DNA of 64,000 bases from a virus (taxonomy: Duplodnaviria; Caudoviricetes), in IMG/VR virus record IMGVR_UViG_3300047400_000324, positions 1-64,000 of that record; one strand, 5' to 3'. This document shows positions 56,154-64,000 of this stretch, piece after piece (the first letter of the stretch is position 1; every line of letters begins with the position of its first letter). A program made the translations under genes and the position numbers. A model generated the notes under the pieces. It searched no databases. It was not told the origin of the DNA and was given only the letters and a program-made list of their open reading frames with translations.

Positions 56154-57149
56154 TTAAAATATCTCTCTAAACATAATTTCAAATGCCGCAGCTAAAAATC
56201 CAGCAGCAGGAATAGTCAAAATCCATGCAATAAGAATTTCTTGAGCCTTTTTCCATTTGACTTTTGGTTCCGATTGACTCGCACCAACTCCAAGAATGGA
56301 ACCTGTTATAGTATGAGTAGTACTGACAGGTATACCCAATCCACTGGCGATAAACAACATCATTCCTCCACCAGTTTCTGCCATAAATCCGCCTCTGGAA
56401 TCCAACCTAGTAAGTTTGAATCCTAATGTTTGCACAATTCTCCAACCACCGGCAAGAGTCCCAAGTCCCATTGCAATAAAACTACACCATACAGCCCACA
56501 TTGGAATATTGCTAGCAGTAGATACAAAACCACTTACAATCAATATCAACCAAATAATACCAGCTGTCTTTTGTGCATCGTTCGATCCATGCCCTAAACT
56601 ATAAAATGCAGCACTGCTTATTTGAGCCCAACGAAAAAAACGCAATTGTTTTTCTGTAGTTTCAGGCAATAAATTTCTTATAATAGTATTGATACCAGCT
56701 CCAAGAATAAATCCGATACAAGGACTAGCAACAATAAAAATAAGAGTTTTTCCCAATCCTTCCCAAAGAAGATTATTTGCACCACCAATAGCAACAACAG
56801 ATCCAATAATACCACCTATCAGTGCATGACTGCTACTTGTAGGTAAACCGAAATACCATGTTATCATATTCCAAGAAATAGCACCACAAAGTGCTCCAGC
56901 TATAACATAAAGATCGATGGCGCTTGGAACTACAATACCTTTTCCAATTGTAGCGGCAACTGAAAGATTCATAATAAACATGGAAATGAAATTGCATATA
57001 GCTGCCATAACTACAGCTTGAGTTGCCGTCAAAGTTCCAGTTGCAACAACTGTTGCAATACTGTTTGCGGCATCGTGAAACCCATTTGTAAAATCGAAAA
57101 TAAGAGCAAGCAATATCAAAGATATCACAATCAATGTTAAATTTGTCAT
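56154..57149 (-). CDS. pitA: Inorganic phosphate transporter (PiT family)
   Basis: NGFHDAANSIAT, GLPTSSSHALIGG, HGSNDAQK, PVSTTH. Confidence 0.95.
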   Translation of the reverse strand: MTNLTLIVISLILLALIFDFTNGFHDAANSIATVVATGTLTATQAVVMAAICNFISMFIMNLSVAATIGKGIVVPSAIDLYVIAGALCGAISWNMITWYFGLPTSSSHALIGGIIGSVVAIGGANNLLWEGLGKTLIFIVASPCIGFILGAGINTIIRNLLPETTEKQLRFFRWAQISSAAFYSLGHGSNDAQKTAGIIWLILIVSGFVSTASNIPMWAVWCSFIAMGLGTLAGGWRIVQTLGFKLTRLDSRGGFMAETGGGMMLFIASGLGIPVSTTHTITGSILGVGASQSEPKVKWKKAQEILIAWILTIPAAGFLAAAFEIMFREIF

Positions 57150-57177
57150 TTTTTCATCCAATCATAACGTCATTTTT

Positions 57178-57254
57178 TGGAGCTGATTGCCGGTAACGCT
57201 CCGGTCCTCTCCAGTGTGGAAAACTGGGGGCCCATCTATCTAGACCAAATCAGC
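57178..57254 (-). tRNA. tRNA-Gly(TCC) with non-canonical T-loop AGCGTTA
   Basis: GCTGATT/AATCAGC-T-CCA; CCAGT-TTTCCAC-ACTGG. Confidence 0.85.
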
Positions 57255-57693
57255 GAATAATATACTCATAGTTAATAGTTTTTTCATTTTCTTTTAAAAG
57301 AACAGCACCATTCGATAAATGGAATCGGCGCGCCATTTCCGTTTTTGGACTCAATGTGACAAATCTTTTAATATGCGGTTTATTTTTTTGAATGTATTTT
57401 ACTATATCGAAAATAATTTGTCTACCATATCCTTTTTCATACGACCAGACCGTATAAAAAACAGCAATTCGCGGTGGATCGGCAAATTCTGGAAATGCAT
57501 TCAATTCTTCTACAATTGTTGGAATTTGATCTAGATAAGCTACACAACAAATTGCCAACGGTGCACAAGAATTATCTATTTGAAAAATTTGTTTGCCAAA
57601 ACTTGTTCTGAATTCATAATCCAATTCAGGTCTTACAGGATCGTCTTTGATATAATCTTTGTAATTATTTGGCATTTCACGAAAATGAGACAT
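57250..57693 (-). CDS. Conserved hypothetical protein, possibly GNAT-like fold
   Basis: FYTVWSY.KG.GR..I, RFVTLSP.T.MA.RFH..NGA. Confidence 0.7.
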   Translation of the reverse strand: MSHFREMPNNYKDYIKDDPVRPELDYEFRTSFGKQIFQIDNSCAPLAICCVAYLDQIPTIVEELNAFPEFADPPRIAVFYTVWSYEKGYGRQIIFDIVKYIQKNKPHIKRFVTLSPKTEMARRFHLSNGAVLLKENEKTINYEYIIR

Positions 57694-57695
57694 TT

Positions 57696-57887
57696 TTATT
57701 TCTTTTTTCTGCCATTACCCTTTTTATATCCAGTGCCAAAAGGAGAATAACCCGTAACAACCCAAGAGTTTTTTTGTTTTTTACCGGCTTGATTTGCAAC
57801 TTTTGTAAAAGAAGCAGTACTGCCATCTTTATATCTTTTAGTTTTTTGTAAGCTTGATTTAGAAACAGTTTTTGCCATAATATTCAT
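57696..57887 (-). CDS. Small basic protein
   Basis: Lys-rich ORF overlapping-packed with neighbours. Confidence 0.55.
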   Translation of the reverse strand: MNIMAKTVSKSSLQKTKRYKDGSTASFTKVANQAGKKQKNSWVVTGYSPFGTGYKKGNGRKKK

Positions 57888-57921
57888 TTCTTTTATTGAT
57901 TAATTTATATAATATATATAA

Positions 57922-57997
57922 TGGTGCCCCTTGTCCGACTCGAACGAACCACCTGCTGATTACAAATCAGCTGCTCTACCAGATGAGCTAAAGGGGC
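57922..57997 (-). tRNA. tRNA-Thr(TGT)
   Basis: GCCCCTT/AAGGGGC-A-CCA; loop TTTGTAA. Confidence 0.93.
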
Positions 57998-58000
57998 ATA

Positions 58001-58030
58001 AAGACCAGCTGATATATATCAGCTGGTCTT
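58001..58030. repeat. Perfect 30-bp palindrome
   Basis: AAGACCAGCTGATAT-ATATCAGCTGGTCTT. Confidence 0.95.
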
Positions 58031-58035
58031 GAAAA

Positions 58036-58128
58036 TGGTAGGGAATGGCGGTAACGATCCGCCCCGTTGCCCTCATCTAGGACTCTCCCGGGTTTATAAG
58101 GCCCAGCCGCACACCTGTGCTATCCCCC
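58036..58128 (-). tRNA. Atypical tRNA-like gene, anticodon TAT, long variable arm
   Basis: GGGGGAT/ATTCCCT-A-CCA; D arm GCAC-AGGT-GTGC; loop CTTATAA; extra arm GTCCT/AGGGC; T arm GGCGG-ATCGTTA-CCGCC. Confidence 0.7.
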
Positions 58129-58191
58129 ATAATATGGGTGAGAAGTTAACCATGACTTCTCGCGCGTTTATTGAGGAACGACCCTTTAATT

Positions 58192-58266
58192 TGGCTTGCC
58201 AGGTAGGACTCGAACCTACAACCATTCGGTTAACAGCCGAATGCTCTACCATTGAGCTACTGACAA
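58192..58266 (-). tRNA. tRNA-Asn(GTT)
   Basis: TTGTCAG/CTGGCAA-G-CCA; loop CTGTTAA. Confidence 0.93.
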
Positions 58267-58279
58267 TCAAATTCTTTTC

Positions 58280-58356
58280 TGGAGAACCGGGTGAGATTTG
58301 AACTCACATAAAACAGGATTTGCAATCCTGCGCCTAAGCCATTCGACCACCGGTCC
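58280..58356 (-). tRNA. tRNA-Cys(GCA)
   Basis: GGACCGG/CCGGTTC-T-CCA; loop TTGCAAA. Confidence 0.93.
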
Positions 58357-58365
58357 ATTTTTTAT

Positions 58366-58572
58366 TTATACAACGTCATAAAAATAATACAAATCGAATA
58401 AGCTTCCATCCTCTCGAATGGATCGCATGCGTTTGTTCGGATAAGACCTTTGAAGATCCCGAACGATCCGATTTGTAACAGATGGATTCTGATTTACACC
58501 ATTGGTAATGGTGGTAACATGAACCCAGCCGGAACTATTGTCCAGATATTCGATTTTTAGATCGTCTTCCAT
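58366..58572 (-). CDS. Hypothetical protein
   Basis: Small ORF with SD AGG. Confidence 0.55.
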   Translation of the reverse strand: MEDDLKIEYLDNSSGWVHVTTITNGVNQNPSVTNRIVRDLQRSYPNKRMRSIREDGSLFDLYYFYDVV

Positions 58573-58631
58573 TTCATCGCCTTTCTATTTTGTGATCTTA
58601 TATCACAAATAAAGGTTTGTCAACCATTTTT

Positions 58632-58898
58632 TTAGGCATCCAAATAAATGCCCAAAATAGATATCTCCGCTTTAGATAAATCATCGTTGAACCTCGCGGA
58701 AGGATAACTAATCCATTGGATGATATGTTCGATCATTTTTTGACGAACTGGATCATCCTTAGCCCTCCGTGAAGCCGATTTCAGCTTATCCGTAACAGCC
58801 ACGATGTTCATAACCAAATATCTCTCTTCGGTTTCGATAAAATTCTTATATAACGATCCGGATCGAATGTCAACGATTTTTATATATAAAAAAGACAT
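58632..58898 (-). CDS. Hypothetical protein (start uncertain; may begin at 58811)
   Basis: ORF; first ATG lies inside the outer inverted repeat. Confidence 0.5.
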   Translation of the reverse strand: MSFLYIKIVDIRSGSLYKNFIETEERYLVMNIVAVTDKLKSASRRAKDDPVRQKMIEHIIQWISYPSARFNDDLSKAEISILGIYLDA

Positions 58899-59185
58899 AG
58901 CTGATATGCGGATATCAATTAGATATCAGATACCAATGAGATACTAACTGGTATCCGGTTCAAAGCGCCAAAATATCTAGCGATCTCTCATCGACCTAGA
59001 CGTGTTACGATACAGCTTGGATGGCTTAGGTCGCCGAGAGAGCGCTATTTTTAGCTAAGTCATTGATATACAACAAAACTAGATTTATCATCTAATCTAA
59101 TGATATCAATAACTTAGCTAAAAATGGGCACTATCGTATTGTGGTTTGATAGCTAGCTATGCATTGTCCGCATATCAGATATGTC
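58894..59185. repeat. Non-coding region of nested inverted repeats with two inverted IHF-consensus boxes
   Basis: 18/19-bp arms 58894-58912 and 59167-59185; 22/23-bp arms 59047-59069 and 59103-59125; further 5-7 bp stems. Confidence 0.9.
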
Positions 59186-59195
59186 AGAATTTAAA

Positions 59196-59224
59196 TTGAC
59201 ATTTCATCCATTTTAGGTTATAAC
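59196..59224 (+). promoter_or_regulatory. sigma70-like promoter TTGACA-17-TATAAC
   Basis: Directly upstream of ATG 59253. Confidence 0.8.
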
Positions 59225-59252
59225 CATTTTATGCAAATGAAGGTACAATATC

Positions 59253-60395
59253 ATGCCTCCTAAATCCATGCCTAACAAGGCACCAATAAAGGTGCCTAAA
59301 ACTCGTAAGGTCAAGGCTACCCGTTCGGCTCAATATCTTACCGATCTCAAACATATGGGCGAAGAACCCGATGTTGCCGGTAAGACCCTGTTCGGCACCG
59401 AGCTTGGGCACGTATTTAGCTGGTACAATTATATGTGCTCGCGTACGGAAGCTCGCGAATATGTAGAAAATTATCTAAAGTCGCATAAGCGGCAAGCCGA
59501 TCTTGTGGCTTTTCGAAAAGTGCCAGATGCGTATATCGATACCGTTGCCGCATGGCAGGCTCGGATCATGATGCGCGGTGGTTCTACCGGATCCGATACG
59601 GCTGAAAAGTTTTCCAAACGTTTGGCAGATATGCTCAAACATGGAAATCGCAAATCTGTCGATACCATGTCCGATTCCAAGCCATCTATCCAAAACAGGA
59701 TATCCGATAAGATATCCAATACGATTGGTGAATTGGACGAACTTATCGACCAAGAGGGTTGGACCATCGACGTATATGAATGGCTGACTCAAAAACAGGT
59801 CCCGCAAGCTTATGCCAAGCATATTGCTGAATTTTTCAAGCAAACTGCCGATGAAGCAGTTTTGCTGATCAGCAAAAAAGCTCCGAACGATCTGTTGGAA
59901 GGTTATAAATCTTTCAATAAGACAGAACTCAAACAACGTGCAAATTTTTATACAAAGCTTATCGCCGATTGCGCGCGATATGCCGATGTTGTAAAAAAGA
60001 GACGGGTTGTCAATAGGACAAAAAAGCCCATAACCGCCGAAAAGATGCTCAAAACGTTCAAACATCAAACGGAATCCAAGGAATATAAAATCGCTTCGGT
60101 AAAACCCGAAAAAATCCTTGGATGTCAAGAGCTTTGGACATTCAATACTCGCTACAAGACATTGCATGTTTTTTATGCAAATGGTCCAGCTGGTTTGAGC
60201 GTAAAGGGCACAACCATATTGGGATATGATGAAAACAAATCCCGAGGATTCCGAATCGGTCGCAAAACCCAAGAATATTTGGGAATGACCCTAAAAGGTG
60301 GAGTGAGAAATCTATCGAAAATCATGGCTCTCAAACCATGCACGTTGCAGCATAGATGCAATGAGAATACTATCCTGATAAAAGCTGATAAATAG
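59253..60395 (+). CDS. Conserved T4-like hypothetical protein (basic), higher GC than the rest
   Basis: 380-aa ORF; WTFNT.YK.L..F.A....GL.VKGTTI.GYDE..S....RK. Confidence 0.8.
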   Translation: MPPKSMPNKAPIKVPKTRKVKATRSAQYLTDLKHMGEEPDVAGKTLFGTELGHVFSWYNYMCSRTEAREYVENYLKSHKRQADLVAFRKVPDAYIDTVAAWQARIMMRGGSTGSDTAEKFSKRLADMLKHGNRKSVDTMSDSKPSIQNRISDKISNTIGELDELIDQEGWTIDVYEWLTQKQVPQAYAKHIAEFFKQTADEAVLLISKKAPNDLLEGYKSFNKTELKQRANFYTKLIADCARYADVVKKRRVVNRTKKPITAEKMLKTFKHQTESKEYKIASVKPEKILGCQELWTFNTRYKTLHVFYANGPAGLSVKGTTILGYDENKSRGFRIGRKTQEYLGMTLKGGVRNLSKIMALKPCTLQHRCNENTILIKADK

Positions 60396-60398
60396 GAG

Positions 60399-60638
60399 AT
60401 GACAATGAAGAAGATGACAATTTCATTCGATATCGATATTCCGGAGGATAGTTCTGAACAAACTACCTCCCTGTATATCGAAGAAATTCTATTCAAAGCA
60501 GCAGAGAACCATGCACATCAGCTGATGCTGACCGCGTATGAAAAGCTCACTGGCAATGAATTGAAAGAATTCTTGAATGAAGAAACACAAATACTAAATC
60601 AATTGGAACGAATACGCAACAGCATTACATATTCTTAG
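60399..60638 (+). CDS. Hypothetical protein
   Basis: SD AGGAG; co-oriented. Confidence 0.65.
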   Translation: MTMKKMTISFDIDIPEDSSEQTTSLYIEEILFKAAENHAHQLMLTAYEKLTGNELKEFLNEETQILNQLERIRNSITYS

Positions 60639-60646
60639 TGATTTAT

Positions 60647-60672
60647 AAAGGCAGCTTTGGCTGCCTTTTTTT
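60647..60672 (+). terminator. Intrinsic terminator
   Basis: AAAGGCAGC-TTTG-GCTGCCTTT followed by T-run. Confidence 0.88.
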
Positions 60673-60674
60673 AT

Positions 60675-60682
60675 TATAAATA
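60675..60682 (+). promoter_or_regulatory. Late promoter for gp3
   Basis: TATAAATA. Confidence 0.8.
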
Positions 60683-60702
60683 TTGCAATAAGGGGAAAAT
60701 TT

Positions 60703-61215
60703 ATGGTAGATATATCGAATAAAAACTTTCTTTCGCCACTCAATTTTAAATTTCAATTGAAGCGAGCACCACACATCAATTTTTTTCTACAGACGATTAA
60801 TATTCCATCATTGTCGTTGCCTTCTATAAATGTTTCCAATCCATTGGTCAGAGTTCCATTTCCTGGCGATCATTTGGTATATGAAGATTTGCAAATATCT
60901 TTTCGTGTGGACGAGGATTTACAGGATTACATGGAAATTCACAATTGGTTGAGAAGTCTGGGAAAATTGAATTATACAGAATATCAATCATTGACCTCCA
61001 ATGCATCTTATACTGGTCAAGGTATAAGATCGGATATATCTCTTACAATTTTGACCAGTCAAAAAGTACCTAATTATGAAATTATTTTTAAGGATGCATT
61101 TCCCACAAATATATCTTCACTCAATTTTACCACAATGGACGAACAACTGACATATATCGAGGCATCTGCTACATTTAAATTTGTTTATTTCGATATAAAT
61201 GAAATTTCTGGTTGA
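60703..61215 (+). CDS. gp3: Tail completion / sheath stabilizer gp3
   Basis: NFLSPLNFKF, YEDL.ISF.VDEDL..Y.EI.NWL, DAFPT..S.L.F. Confidence 0.9.
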   Translation: MVDISNKNFLSPLNFKFQLKRAPHINFFLQTINIPSLSLPSINVSNPLVRVPFPGDHLVYEDLQISFRVDEDLQDYMEIHNWLRSLGKLNYTEYQSLTSNASYTGQGIRSDISLTILTSQKVPNYEIIFKDAFPTNISSLNFTTMDEQLTYIEASATFKFVYFDINEISG

Positions 61216-61240
61216 CAATGCTGTAAATCGATGTTATAAG
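61212..61240 (+). promoter_or_regulatory. sigma70-like promoter TTGACA-17-TATAAG
   Basis: Upstream of uvsY. Confidence 0.75.
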
Positions 61241-61278
61241 GTGTATTGACACAAATAAATATATTATAGGATTATATT

Positions 61279-61716
61279 ATGGATACAGAAGATATCTTTA
61301 ATGAATGGAAAAAAGATTCAGTATACGATGAAGCTAATTTAGATAAAGAAAGTCTTAAGACTCCTTCTTTGCATCATAAATATTATATGATGTATATTTC
61401 AGAAAAACATAAACTATCTAATCTTGAAACTGAATTGAAAATACTTAGTCATGAGAAAAAAGAATTTTATGAACAAGGTCATACAGAAGAAACAAAAAAG
61501 CTTGGGTGGAAATTGCCACCAAAAGGCATGATACTTAAATCAGAAAGTTTACGCTACGTAGAAGCAGACCCTGATATTATATCTCTTTCAAAGAAGATAG
61601 GAAGACAATCTGAAAAGGTAGGATTTCTTAATAATATTTTGAATTATTTGAATAAAAATAGAGGATGGGATATTAAAAACGCTATAGATTTTAAGAAATT
61701 TCAAATGGGTGTATAA
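61279..61716 (+). CDS. uvsY: Recombination mediator UvsY
   Basis: W.KDS..D...LD.ESL..P.LH.KY, Y.EAD.D, R.W.IKNAI. Confidence 0.9.
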   Translation: MDTEDIFNEWKKDSVYDEANLDKESLKTPSLHHKYYMMYISEKHKLSNLETELKILSHEKKEFYEQGHTEETKKLGWKLPPKGMILKSESLRYVEADPDIISLSKKIGRQSEKVGFLNNILNYLNKNRGWDIKNAIDFKKFQMGV

Positions 61717-63159
61717 TTGATAGAAGTTGTAAAGATTTGCAAATATAATGAGGTGTATGCAAGAATAGAATGCGAACCAAGTACTGCTATGGAAATAGCA
61801 GAAAGATTTACGTTTATGGTGCCAGGTGCAAAATTCTCTCCTATGTATAAGAATAAACTTTGGGATGGAAAAATAAGAATTTTCAATCCTATGAATCGTT
61901 TATTGTATATTGGATTGATTCCCGAACTTGAAAATCTTTGTAACAGCAGAAAATATCATATAGAATATGAAATTGAAAATGCAGATATAGAATTTTCATT
62001 GCATGAAGCTGAAAAATTTGTAAAGGCTTTAGAACCAAAATATGAACCTAGAGATTATCAATATGAAGCATTTGTACATGCAATAAGAAAAAGACGTGCA
62101 TTGCTTCTTTCGCCAACAGGTTCAGGCAAATCTCTTATCATTTATATGTTAGCATGTTATTATCAATCTAAAACACTTATAGTTGTTCCAACCACTTCTC
62201 TTGTCCATCAGATGGCATCGGATTTCGAAGACTATGGATTTCCAAAAAAACTGATTCATAAAATTATGTCAGGAGAAGAAAAAGAAACAGATGCTCCTTA
62301 TGTAATTTCAACTTGGCAATCTATTTTTAAAATGCCAAAACCATGGTTCAAACAATTTAAAGTTGTTATAGGCGATGAAGCGCATTTATTCAAAGCAAAG
62401 TCTCTTACAGCTATAATGACTAAATTGGATGAATGCAAATATAGATTTGGATTTACAGGAACTTTAGATGGGACACAGACAAATAAATTGATATTGGAAG
62501 GACTTTTTGGTCCCGTAAAAAGAGTGGCAGCCACTTCTGAATTGATAGAACAAAAATATCTATCGGATTTAAAAATCAAATCGTGTCTTTTAAAACATCC
62601 AGATGAAACAAAAAAACTATTATATAGATCGGAATATCAAGATGAAATGGATTTTCTGGTAAAATGCGAAAAGAGAAATAGATTTATAGTCAATTTAGCA
62701 TTATCTTTAAAGGGAAATTCTATGGTATTGTTTCAATACGTAGAAAAGCACGGAAAAGTTTTATATGATATGTTGACAAAAGAAGCACCGAATGTTAAAA
62801 TATATTTTATATCTGGTGGAATAGATAGTCAAAAACGTGAAGAAATTAGAAAAATTCTGGAAACAGAACAAAATGCAATTCTTGTTGCTAGTTATGGAAC
62901 TTCAAGCACAGGTCTTAACATTCGCAATTTGTCTAACGTTATATTTGCTAGTCCATCAAAATCTCTTGTACGAGTCCTTCAATCGATAGGAAGAGTTCTT
63001 AGAATGACAGAATCCAAAGATGTCGCGACTCTTTTTGATATTGGCGATGATATTTCTTGGAAATCTAGAAAAAACTATACGTTGAATCACTATAACGAAA
63101 GATTGGAAATATACAATAAGGAAAAATTTTCATATAAGAAATATGATATACAATTATAA
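61717..63159 (+). CDS. uvsW: SF2 helicase UvsW (TTG start)
   Basis: PRDYQ, SPTGSGKS, GDEAH, GFTGT, STG.NI, QSIGRVLR. Confidence 0.96.
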   Translation: MIEVVKICKYNEVYARIECEPSTAMEIAERFTFMVPGAKFSPMYKNKLWDGKIRIFNPMNRLLYIGLIPELENLCNSRKYHIEYEIENADIEFSLHEAEKFVKALEPKYEPRDYQYEAFVHAIRKRRALLLSPTGSGKSLIIYMLACYYQSKTLIVVPTTSLVHQMASDFEDYGFPKKLIHKIMSGEEKETDAPYVISTWQSIFKMPKPWFKQFKVVIGDEAHLFKAKSLTAIMTKLDECKYRFGFTGTLDGTQTNKLILEGLFGPVKRVAATSELIEQKYLSDLKIKSCLLKHPDETKKLLYRSEYQDEMDFLVKCEKRNRFIVNLALSLKGNSMVLFQYVEKHGKVLYDMLTKEAPNVKIYFISGGIDSQKREEIRKILETEQNAILVASYGTSSTGLNIRNLSNVIFASPSKSLVRVLQSIGRVLRMTESKDVATLFDIGDDISWKSRKNYTLNHYNERLEIYNKEKFSYKKYDIQL

Positions 63160-63173
63160 TTAGAGAGTTTGTT

Positions 63174-63701
63174 ATGGCTAGAAATTATGTGAATAATAAA
63201 GATTTTTATGAATCTATAATTAAATACAAAAAAGAACTGATCGAAAAACCAGAAAAGAAAGTGCCAGATTACATTGGTATCTGTATAAATCAAATTTGCA
63301 ATAGGCTTTCTTCAAAACCTAATTTTTCTGGATATACGTTCCGTGATGAAATGATATCGGACGCATTAGAAAATTGTTTCTATGCTTTACCTAAATTCAA
63401 TCCAGAAAGAACAAATAATCCATTTGCGTATTTTACACAAGTTGCAAAAAACGCATTTATCAGAAGAATAACAATTGAGAAAAAAGAGCAATATACAAAA
63501 TATAAAAATTTGCAAACTCTTCAATTAGTTGGTCTATCTCAAAATATGTATGGAGATAGCGATATACTTTTACATGATAAAAACAACGATGTTGCAAATG
63601 AAATTATTGGTTCCTTCGAAACTAAAATGAAATCAAAAAAGAAAATAAAAACAGGAATCGATTTGTTTGCCAATGTATCTCTTGATAATTTTAAAGGATA
63701 A
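63174..63701 (+). CDS. gp55: Late sigma factor gp55
   Basis: NYVNNK.F, PNF.GYTFRDEMISDA.ENC, NPFAYFTQ. Confidence 0.96.
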   Translation: MARNYVNNKDFYESIIKYKKELIEKPEKKVPDYIGICINQICNRLSSKPNFSGYTFRDEMISDALENCFYALPKFNPERTNNPFAYFTQVAKNAFIRRITIEKKEQYTKYKNLQTLQLVGLSQNMYGDSDILLHDKNNDVANEIIGSFETKMKSKKKIKTGIDLFANVSLDNFKG

Positions 63702-63706
63702 TTCAA

Positions 63707-64000
63707 TTGCGTATAGCTTTAATTACCGATACACATTGGGGAGTTAGAAATGACAATATGGTTTTTTTGGATGCAAATAAAAAATTTTTGGATGAAACAT
63801 TTTTTCCGACACTAGAATCGAATTCTATAAATCATATAGTGCATCTTGGCGATATCGTAGACAGAAGAAAACAAATAAGTTATTTGACAGCCAATCGATT
63901 GAGAGAAGATTTTCTAGATAAAATATTGCAAAAAGGTATGACGGCAGATATTATTGCAGGAAACCATGATTGTTATTATAAAAATACAAACAAAGTAAAT
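63707..64000 (+). CDS. gp47: Recombination endonuclease subunit gp47 (Mre11/SbcD-like), 5' part, TTG start
   Basis: IALITDTHWGVRND, HLGD..DRR, GNHD.YYK; runs off window. Confidence 0.92.
   Translation, partial: MRIALITDTHWGVRNDNMVFLDANKKFLDETFFPTLESNSINHIVHLGDIVDRRKQISYLTANRLREDFLDKILQKGMTADIIAGNHDCYYKNTNKVN

Noticed and set aside
58036-58128. tRNA-Sec or tRNA-Pyl
   Set aside because: Anticodon UAU, not UCA or CUA; no sel/pyl genes in window
58590-58608. CRP/FNR-like site TTGTGAT-N5-ATCACAA
   Set aside because: Spacing fits neither consensus; single occurrence
61200-61280. MotA-type middle promoters
   Set aside because: Non-late promoters have TTGACA -35 boxes; no MotA box recognised

Overview
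A 64-kb, AT-rich segment of a T4-like myovirus genome. Several accessory genes (Usg-like, DUF1127-like, Omp25/RopB-like barrel) point to an alphaproteobacterial host. In order, it contains: a tandem array of 12-bp-repeat mini-genes; a baseplate/tail module (split gp5, hub, gp53, gp48, gp4, gp2, gp54, gp26/gp51, tape-measure-like proteins); gp32, PhoH, RNase H; a heptose/glycosylation cluster; nrdAB, thyX, primase; a cluster of head proteins with T4-like capsid-targeting N-termini; two antisense HNH endonucleases; a gp41 helicase fractured by an atypically split intein; uvsX, gp43; lysis genes; 13 tRNA or tRNA-like genes (three with non-canonical T-loops); a nested inverted-repeat region with two IHF boxes; and gp3, uvsY, uvsW, gp55 and the start of gp47. 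Strongest leads: (1) a putative virion-packaged ligase-like/HxGH nucleotidyltransferase plus HAD phosphatase module, possibly RNA repair; (2) the split intein with a 16-aa N-part; (3) a covarying RNA leader shared by two unrelated HNH genes; (4) an aberrant UAU-anticodon tRNA with a long variable arm; (5) a candidate -1 frameshift joining gp26 to gp51; (6) the 290-bp palindromic IHF region. All annotation is by eye from motifs and synteny; no database searches were run.
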